Below, in pieces: positions 57,418 to 64,000 of a DNA stretch of 64,000 nt (the stretch's first letter is position 1; every line of letters starts with the position of its first letter). The DNA comes from an uncultured Gammaproteobacteria bacterium. Its GTDB lineage: Bacteria > Patescibacteriota > Patescibacteriia > JACPL01 > CAZRYK01. The notes beneath the pieces are model-generated. The model was not told the origin of the DNA, ran no database searches, and saw only the letters and a program-made list of their open reading frames with translations. Location of the stretch: contig CAZRYK010000002.1 of the NCBI GenBank assembly GCA_964604315.1, positions 267 to 64,266 of the forward strand. The letters run 5' to 3'. A program made the position numbers and the translations under genes.

Positions 57418-59206
57418 GATTCCATTCCCAGTGACGCGACGTTTCAATATACCAATCGCCGATGGTCGAGAACCGATCGGACAAAATATTAATCGACCCG
57501 CCATCGATCCCTTTCACCTCGTTGTGAACAGGGTAGGTGTACGTTGGATTATAAAGGAAGATTGCCGGAAGTTCGTCAGCCAAAATATTTTGGAAGTGCA
57601 GGTACTTTAATTGGCGTTGTTCCGCGTTGTCGGTTTGGCGTGCTTCTTCCAACAACTGATCGACTTGCTTGTTGAAAAACACGGCCAAGTTCAACCCCGG
57701 GTCGCGGTTCTGCGACGAATGCCAGAATGGGTAGGGGTCCGGGTCGGCGCCGACAATTTCTCCAAACAGTAACGCTTCATACTGGCGCGGGGCAATGACC
57801 TTTTTTTGAATATCCTTTGCCGAATAGATTTTTAATTCCACGCGCACGCCGACAGCTTCCCAATATTTTTTAATAAGTTCCACGGACGACACATATTCTT
57901 CTTGATCCAAAGTAGATAAAGAAAGCGCAAGTTCCACACCATCTTTTTGCCGCACCGGTTGCGCCGGTGGTTCGCTTCCTTTAGCAACGGCCGGAAACAC
58001 CCAACCTTTATCGTTCAAGAAATTACTAGCAAGCGTGGGGTCGTAGTTGTATTTGCGTACCTCTGGGTTATAACCAATCGAGCCGGGTAAAATAGGCGCA
58101 TGGATAATCTGACCCTCATGGTTCAGCGCTTGGTTAAGGATCTCTTCTTTGTTAATGGCCAGGGCTAAAGCCTCGCGCACCTCGGCGTTTTTGAGCAAGG
58201 AGTTGGTTTGGTTAAAAAAGATGGCGGTATATTGCGGCAGGCTGAAGGTATGGAAGTTCACGTCCGAACGTTGTTCTTCAATGGCCGCGCGGTTCGACGC
58301 TGAAATAAAACTTAAACCTTCAATATTTTTGTCTTGCAGAGCCATAACCGCGGTGTCGAGGTCGGGGTAAAATTTGAGCGTGAGTTCTTCAATATGCGGT
58401 TTGGCGCCATAGTATTGTGCATGCGGTATTAACGTGACGGATTTAATAAAACCCGATGGGTCTTTTTTTAACTCTTTGAACGCATACGGGCCAGAGCCAA
58501 TGGGCTTAAGGTTTAATTCCACCAGCCGGGCGTTTTCTGGCAAAACGTCTATCCACAAATATTCCGGCAAAATGCCGAACGTGAGGTTGTTCAAAAACGG
58601 GGCGTAGGGTTCTTTAAGCGTAAAGCTGATGGTAAAATCGTCCACGCGTTGAACATCGACTTCGGAAAAATTGCTGCGCAACGGGCTTGCGTATAACGGA
58701 TCTTGAATGAGCCCAACGGTAAAAAGGACATCGTCTGCGGTGAGTTGCTGCGGTTCGCTATCGTCGCTCATGCGGTGGAAGAAAACTCCTTGACGCATTT
58801 TAATGGTATACGTTTTTTTGTCTTCGGAAATGGTATGGCTTTCGGCAATGTCGGGTGTTAAGCCTTCTTGCGCATCTTCTTCAAACAGCCGTGAGTACAC
58901 CAACGTGACCATGTCTTGGTCTGCATCGTTGGTTGCGGCATAGAGCGGGTTCATCCACTTGGGCGTGCCAATAATGCCTTCGGTGTATTTTCCGCCATCG
59001 GCCGGAGTGTAAGTAATATGGCCTTGGTACGCGCGAACCAGAGTTGCGCCAAGCGAAAGCAGGAACACCGCAAAAAACACTCGGAACAGTAAGCGCTCCT
59101 TCTTGGAAAGATAATCGTTCACATAGCGGATTTGTTGAAGGCGGGGTATGCGGCGACTGCGTTGGTGTTGGGGGGTGAGAATGCGAGAATGATTATTGAT
59201 TTGCAC
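57413..59206 (-). CDS. ABC-type oligopeptide/dipeptide substrate-binding protein (family 5, OppA/DppA-like)
   Basis: 597 aa with an N-terminal TM anchor. Size and periplasmic fold are typical of SBP family 5. Confidence 0.7.
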   Translation of the reverse strand: MQINNHSRILTPQHQRSRRIPRLQQIRYVNDYLSKKERLLFRVFFAVFLLSLGATLVRAYQGHITYTPADGGKYTEGIIGTPKWMNPLYAATNDADQDMVTLVYSRLFEEDAQEGLTPDIAESHTISEDKKTYTIKMRQGVFFHRMSDDSEPQQLTADDVLFTVGLIQDPLYASPLRSNFSEVDVQRVDDFTISFTLKEPYAPFLNNLTFGILPEYLWIDVLPENARLVELNLKPIGSGPYAFKELKKDPSGFIKSVTLIPHAQYYGAKPHIEELTLKFYPDLDTAVMALQDKNIEGLSFISASNRAAIEEQRSDVNFHTFSLPQYTAIFFNQTNSLLKNAEVREALALAINKEEILNQALNHEGQIIHAPILPGSIGYNPEVRKYNYDPTLASNFLNDKGWVFPAVAKGSEPPAQPVRQKDGVELALSLSTLDQEEYVSSVELIKKYWEAVGVRVELKIYSAKDIQKKVIAPRQYEALLFGEIVGADPDPYPFWHSSQNRDPGLNLAVFFNKQVDQLLEEARQTDNAEQRQLKYLHFQNILADELPAIFLYNPTYTYPVHNEVKGIDGGSINILSDRFSTIGDWYIETSRHWEWNQ

Positions 59207-59253
59207 AAAGTTGACGATACTATCCTGCCATAGCGCAGGGACAATATCTTAAT

Positions 59254-59469
59254 TTAGAAGAAAAGATCGACGAAAGAGCTACCGAGGAAAACGATGGCAA
59301 GGACAATCGTTGCCAAAAAGATGGTGCGTTCTGCGCCGCGGCGGACGTTATAGGTATTGCCGGTTCCGCCAAAGGCCGCGCCTAAGCCCGAGCCGCGGTT
59401 TTGGAGCAGAATGGCGCCAACAAGCAAAACGGCCGAGACGATCTCTATAATATTGAGGGTAAGTTGCAT
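59254..59469 (-). CDS. secG: preprotein translocase subunit SecG
   Basis: 71 aa with two TM helices and the ILLQNRGSGLGAAFGG motif. Confidence 0.75.
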   Translation of the reverse strand: MQLTLNIIEIVSAVLLVGAILLQNRGSGLGAAFGGTGNTYNVRRGAERTIFLATIVLAIVFLGSSFVDLFF

Positions 59470-59554
59470 AGTTTCAGTAAGTTCGAGAAAACGAATCGAT
59501 CGTTATGCTACCATATTTCCCCGCAAGCGTCAATCGCACGGCCAGCGATGTACC

Positions 59555-59588
59555 GGATCCGACCCTGGCACGTATTTGGGTCGGATCC
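59555..59588. repeat. REP-family hairpin GGATCCGACCC-(12 nt)-GGGTCGGATCC
   Basis: Perfect 11-bp inverted repeat downstream of secG. Confidence 0.6.
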
Positions 59589-59688
59589 TGATTGCTGGTT
59601 TATTCTTCAATTGCCCCCGGGGCAACATTTGAAAAAAATGCACATAGGTATATAATTCCTTCAGATTATACTTCTTTGTAATCACTGC

Positions 59689-60480
59689 ATGTCTCGTCTT
59701 CAACTTCAAACACAGGTCAAGCCTGCCACGCGTATTGCGCAAGGAATAAATATCATCACTAGAGGGGTAGCAGGGCTTTCTATTCCGCTTGTTGCCCAAG
59801 CATCGCTTGCGCCAGCTTCAATAGCGATGGCGACGCGCTTCGCGTACGTTTTACAAGTATTTGCGATTCTGCTGTTTCTCGCCTCTCTTTTTCTTCTTAT
59901 TCGGATCATCATCAAAAGAAACGGTCTCGTTAAAAAGGTTCATCGCTCCTGGGTGATTGTCATGGTCGCTGCATTCATAGGATCGCTTCTTTTTTATGGA
60001 ATACCTATGACGGATTTCTATTGGAATTTGTTTGAAAAGATTTATCTCGATAGGAGTGAGCAAAGGAATCAAGAAGAGACACAAACGCAGAAAATAAATC
60101 TTGAACAAATGTCAAAAAATATTCCAGAAGGTTGGAATTATGCTATTGATGACACAGATGTGGTAGATTATTGTGATCAAAAAGCGAGTTTCTCTGTTCA
60201 GTTTCGATATCCAAAGATAGAATGCACAACACAGGAAAAATCTGGCCCATGGACTCATCACCCCCTATTCACGCTCTACTATTACGACAAGTTTAGCGCG
60301 CAAGATTGGGAGAAACATAATGATTGCGCCAAAAATTTGCGCAAGTTCCCAATCGCGGCTGCCGCGCCAATACCATTTGCGGAATCCGATGAATACACAA
60401 TCATGTCGTATTCGGGCAACCCTTGTTCAGAAAAAGATACCTCTGAAATCGAAGAGTATCTTCAAAAATATTACCAGTGA
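59689..60480 (+). CDS. hypothetical membrane protein
   Basis: Two or three TM helices, then a Cys-containing soluble domain. No recognisable motif. Confidence 0.4.
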   Translation: MSRLQLQTQVKPATRIAQGINIITRGVAGLSIPLVAQASLAPASIAMATRFAYVLQVFAILLFLASLFLLIRIIIKRNGLVKKVHRSWVIVMVAAFIGSLLFYGIPMTDFYWNLFEKIYLDRSEQRNQEETQTQKINLEQMSKNIPEGWNYAIDDTDVVDYCDQKASFSVQFRYPKIECTTQEKSGPWTHHPLFTLYYYDKFSAQDWEKHNDCAKNLRKFPIAAAAPIPFAESDEYTIMSYSGNPCSEKDTSEIEEYLQKYYQ

Positions 60481-60563
60481 AGCGAGATGTTCGAAACCGA
60501 GTTTCGAACAAAGAAACAACGGTTGGCCGGGCTCCCTCCCGCTATTTGATGATCGCTTGTGTT

Positions 60564-60589
60564 TGTGCCAAGCTAAGCTTAGAACAAGA
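60564..60589 (+). repeat. 26-bp direct repeat TGTGCCAAGCTAAGCTTAGAACAAGA, left copy
   Basis: Identical to 61765-61790. Together the copies bracket the two-gene module at 60723-61777. Confidence 0.8.
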
Positions 60590-60722
60590 CTCGGGTCAGT
60601 TGTAAGTAATAAGGGTTAAGGGGTAAGTATTTTCTCCTATCTCACGTATCTTATCCCTTAAACCTTACTGCCCGTTGACAAAGGAAATTATATAGTATAT
60701 AATTCATACTATATTATATACT

Positions 60723-61487
60723 ATGAAATCTGATACCTTACAGTGCTTAAAAGGCCTGATTCAAGAAACGCCAGGAATCCGGCCGAAAGACATTCTCCAA
60801 CATTTTAGCTTTCAGCCAACGGGTATTTTTAAGCATCTCAAGCATCTACAGACAGAGCGCGTGATTTATAAAATTGGCAGACCGCCAGAAGTACGATACT
60901 ATACCTATGCCTCTATGGAAAATGTTTCTCATCTGCTTAACAACGCCATCAATTGGGCAATGTCTGGAGACGAACGTTGGGCGCCGCCCGACGCGCTTTC
61001 CTCTACACGAGACGTGTTTCAGGCGCGGGCTGACCATCTTGTGTATGAGCTTCAACAGCGTCTGAATAATCAAGATGTTGCCTTTTTGATTGTTGCTGTC
61101 GTGGGAGAAATTGGGAACAATTCGTTCGATCACAACCTTGGTCATTGGCGTGATACAACGGGGGTTTATTTTCACAACGATAGCGCCACACGCGAAATCG
61201 TCTTGGCAGACCGTGGCCAAGGTGTTTTTGCGACGATTAAACGCGTTAAGCCAGAGGTAAAAAACGATGCCGATGCGCTACGTGTCGCGTTTACAGAAAG
61301 AATCTCTGGCCGCGCGCCAGAAAAACGCGGGAATGGTTTAAAGTTCGTTAAAAAGGTCATCACCGAACAGAGTCTTTGTTTGCATTATTATACGGGTGAC
61401 GCGATGGCGGAAATTTCAGCATCAAAATTCACCATCAAGCCATCACCCATTAACGTTCCCGGAACAGTTGCTTATCTTAAATTTTAA
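60723..61487 (+). CDS. wHTH-fused GHKL (histidine-kinase-like) ATPase; RsbW/SpoIIAB-like ATP-binding core with an N-terminal DNA-binding domain
   Basis: N-terminal wHTH (PKDILQHFSFQPTGIFKHLKHLQTERVIYKIG). GHKL N-box VGEIGNNSFDHN, G1 ADRGQGV, G2 GNGLKFV. Confidence 0.6.
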   Translation: MKSDTLQCLKGLIQETPGIRPKDILQHFSFQPTGIFKHLKHLQTERVIYKIGRPPEVRYYTYASMENVSHLLNNAINWAMSGDERWAPPDALSSTRDVFQARADHLVYELQQRLNNQDVAFLIVAVVGEIGNNSFDHNLGHWRDTTGVYFHNDSATREIVLADRGQGVFATIKRVKPEVKNDADALRVAFTERISGRAPEKRGNGLKFVKKVITEQSLCLHYYTGDAMAEISASKFTIKPSPINVPGTVAYLKF

Positions 61488-61489
61488 TT

Positions 61490-61777
61490 ATGAAAATTGA
61501 ACTCAAAAAATTCGGCACCATGCTTACTTCGCGCCCGGCGGGTAAGGAAGCTTATCTCGCGGCGAAAGCCTACAGTTTGCCGAAAGAAAAAAATGAAGTG
61601 ATTGAAGTGGATTTTTCTGGGGTCGATGTCTTGGCGCCTTCTTGGGCCGACGAATTTTTAACGCCACTTTTTTCCGAATATCCCGGAAGGGTTATACTGT
61701 TGTCGTTCAAAAACGCGACGGTAAAGGCAACCTTAGAGGTCATCGGTCTTCCTAAGACGCTACCTGTGCCAAGCTAA
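61490..61777 (+). CDS. small STAS-like protein (DUF4325-like; anti-sigma-antagonist-fold candidate), partner of the GHKL ATPase
   Basis: 95 aa with VIEVDFSGVDVLAPSWADEFLTPLF, typical of STAS-like small domains. Its start is 3 nt after the upstream stop. The right direct-repeat copy lies in its last codons. Confidence 0.5.
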   Translation: MKIELKKFGTMLTSRPAGKEAYLAAKAYSLPKEKNEVIEVDFSGVDVLAPSWADEFLTPLFSEYPGRVILLSFKNATVKATLEVIGLPKTLPVPS

Positions 61778-61790
61778 GCTTAGAACAAGA
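61765..61790 (+). repeat. 26-bp direct repeat TGTGCCAAGCTAAGCTTAGAACAAGA, right copy
   Basis: Exact duplicate of 60564-60589. Confidence 0.8.
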
Positions 61791-61860
61791 TAAAGTCCTC
61801 ATGTTCTCTGATCGCTGAATTTTTGTTTCCTCCCTTTGCTCTATGGTATGATGACGTCCT

Positions 61861-63930
61861 ATGACTTTTTTGAGTGAACTCAATCCTAAACAACAAGAGG
61901 CGGTGAAGGCAACGGACGGGCCGGTTTTGATTCTTGCCGGCGCGGGCTCGGGCAAAACGCGCACCATTGTGTACCGCATTGCGTATTTGATTTCAGGCAA
62001 AAAAATCAAGCCGTGGAATATTCTGGCCGTGACCTTTACCAACAAAGCGGCGCAAGAAATGAAACAGCGGGTTGTGCAATTACTTTCGCGCATGAACTTT
62101 CCCCGCGACGTCTTGCCGTTTATGGGAACGTTCCATGCCATATGTGTGCAAATCTTGCGTCGGGAAATTGAGCTTTTGGGGTATAAGCGCCATTTTGCTA
62201 TTTATGATACGTCAGACCAAGAAGCGTTGGTGAAAGAATCCATGTGGTCGTTGGGCGTGAACCCCAAAGACCTTGCTCCGCGCACTTTGCTTTACCAAAT
62301 ATCGAATGCCAAGAACAAAATGTTGATGCCGAGCCAGATGACGAACGAAACCGATAGTCCGTTGTTTGAAACCGTGGTGAATGTGTATAAGGAATATCAA
62401 AAGCGGTTGAAGAACAATAACGCGTTGGATTTTGACGACCTTATTATGATGACGGTGCAGATTTTTGAAAAATATCCGGAGGTGCTGGCAAAATACCAAA
62501 AACAATTTCAGTACATTTTGGTGGATGAATACCAAGACACCAACCATGCGCAATATGAATTGATCCGATTACTCGCGTTGGCGCATCATAATTTGTGTGT
62601 TGTGGGCGATGATTTTCAAGGCATTTATTCGTGGCGTGGCGCATCCATTCAGAACATTTTAGATTTTGAAAAAGATTACCCGGAAGCGCAGGTGGTGTTG
62701 CTGGAACAGAATTATCGCTCCACGCATACCATTGTCACGGCGGGGAATACGATCATCGCCGCGAACACCATGCAAAAAAAGAAAAAATTGTGGACCGAAA
62801 ATCCGCCCGGCGAAAAAATTCACGTTGTGGAGGTGTATGACGAACGCAAAGAAGGGGAATATGTTGCCCAGCGCGTTTTGGGTTTAAAGCAAAGCCAACA
62901 AATTTTGGAAGATCTTTCGGATGATGATGTTGTCTATGAAGCCGACGAGCAAACCAACAGTATTTTGGATCGCGTCATGCAAAATCCGCGGTTCCGGAAG
63001 AGCCACCAAAAAGAAAAAAAGCGTTTTGTGAACCACGATATTGATTTTCAGCGATTTGCGATTTTGTACCGCACCAACGCCCAGTCGCGCGCGATTGAAG
63101 AAGTGTTTTTGCATTACAGCATTCCGTATGAAATCATTGGCGGGTTGAAGTTTTATGAGCGCAGAGAAATCAAAGACGTGTTGGCTTATGTGCGGGCGAT
63201 AGCGAACCCCGAAGACCGTTTAAGTGTGCGACGGATTATAAACGTTCCGGCGCGCGGCATTGGCGACAAAACGTGGGAAGGACTTTTTCAGCATGCGGAA
63301 AAACACGGAAAGTCGATTGTAGATGCAAGTTTAGAAGCCGGGGCTATTGCCGTATTAACCGAGCGCGCGGCCAAAGCTGTGGAAGGTTTTGGCGAGCTCA
63401 TGCAAGACATTGCGGTTAACGGCGAGGGTTTATTGCCCAGTGAGATTATTGATTTCATTTCCAAACGCACCGGGTACAAAGAAACGATTTTAGATGGCAC
63501 GACCGAGGGCGAATCGCGGTGGGAAAATATTCAAGAGTTAAAAACAGTGGCGCAAAAGTACGATTCACAAAAAGGGTTCGAGGGCATTCGCGCGTTTTTG
63601 GAAGAAGTCGCCCTGCTGTCCGACATTGATACCAAGCGCGATGATCGCAATCAAGTGACCATGATGACGGTGCATGCGGCCAAAGGGTTAGAGTTTCCCG
63701 AAGTGTTTTTGGTGGGCATGGAAGAAGGCATTTTCCCGCATGCGCAGAGCATGTTTGACCCACGAGAACTAGAAGAAGAGCGGCGATTAGCATATGTGGC
63801 GATTACCCGCGCGCAAAAAAAATTGCACATTACTCACGCGGCGCAACGCACCATGTTTGGTTCCACGCAAATAAACGCCCCATCACGCTTCATTGACGAA
63901 CTGCCAGTTGATCTTATTGAGCGGGTATAA
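61861..63930 (+). CDS. uvrD: ATP-dependent DNA helicase UvrD/PcrA family
   Basis: Walker A AGAGSGKTRT, motifs TFTNKAA, VDEYQDTN and YRSTHTIV, and C-terminal domain 2A/2B regions. 689 aa. Confidence 0.9.
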   Translation: MTFLSELNPKQQEAVKATDGPVLILAGAGSGKTRTIVYRIAYLISGKKIKPWNILAVTFTNKAAQEMKQRVVQLLSRMNFPRDVLPFMGTFHAICVQILRREIELLGYKRHFAIYDTSDQEALVKESMWSLGVNPKDLAPRTLLYQISNAKNKMLMPSQMTNETDSPLFETVVNVYKEYQKRLKNNNALDFDDLIMMTVQIFEKYPEVLAKYQKQFQYILVDEYQDTNHAQYELIRLLALAHHNLCVVGDDFQGIYSWRGASIQNILDFEKDYPEAQVVLLEQNYRSTHTIVTAGNTIIAANTMQKKKKLWTENPPGEKIHVVEVYDERKEGEYVAQRVLGLKQSQQILEDLSDDDVVYEADEQTNSILDRVMQNPRFRKSHQKEKKRFVNHDIDFQRFAILYRTNAQSRAIEEVFLHYSIPYEIIGGLKFYERREIKDVLAYVRAIANPEDRLSVRRIINVPARGIGDKTWEGLFQHAEKHGKSIVDASLEAGAIAVLTERAAKAVEGFGELMQDIAVNGEGLLPSEIIDFISKRTGYKETILDGTTEGESRWENIQELKTVAQKYDSQKGFEGIRAFLEEVALLSDIDTKRDDRNQVTMMTVHAAKGLEFPEVFLVGMEEGIFPHAQSMFDPRELEEERRLAYVAITRAQKKLHITHAAQRTMFGSTQINAPSRFIDELPVDLIERV

Positions 63931-64000
63931 CTCGACATTTTTAAGGTAGACAAATAAGATTTTTGAGCTTTCTGTCCTTTGTCGGGCACAGCAGTTCTCG

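Noticed and set aside
60571-60581. AAGCTAAGCTT inside the 26-bp direct repeat as a hairpin or terminator
   Set aside because: It is only a near-palindrome with a 1-nt loop and could not fold stably. It is treated as part of a direct repeat, not a structure.
1-64000. CRISPR arrays or cas genes
   Set aside because: No regularly spaced direct repeats with unique spacers were seen. The recurring hairpins (REP, GTAAGTA family) are irregularly spaced and intergenic, not an array.

Overview
This window is a moderate-GC chromosomal segment whose gene content suggests a small-genome, CPR/Patescibacteria-like bacterium (that phylum call is inference). It is centred on the replication-origin neighbourhood: dnaA-dnaN with DnaA boxes, and a divergent rpmH-rnpA-yidD-yidC cluster. 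Housekeeping genes are present: tyrS, a class-A PBP, trxA/trxB, gdh, nusA, H+-pyrophosphatase, trigger factor, RNase J, secG, and uvrD/pcrA. Accessory content is unusually dense: five TrmB-family regulator paralogs, two NitT/TauT-type ABC transporter operons, and a tRNA cluster interleaved with nested small repeats. One tRNA-Leu(UAA) is interrupted by a group I intron. A REP-associated tyrosine transposase (RAYT-like) is flanked by GGATCCGACC hairpin repeats that recur across the window. Three GC-rich islets each encode a paralogous small acidic ORF. Two small cassettes are bounded by direct repeats: an AAA-ATPase (DUF4143-like), and a wHTH-GHKL ATPase with a STAS-like partner. There is also a PIN-toxin pair, an alkyltransferase-like (ATL) protein, a SET-domain protein, and a family of GTAAGTA-rich hairpin repeats. 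No CRISPR array or rRNA gene was seen. Every functional call rests on motifs read from the translations, and none is database-verified.
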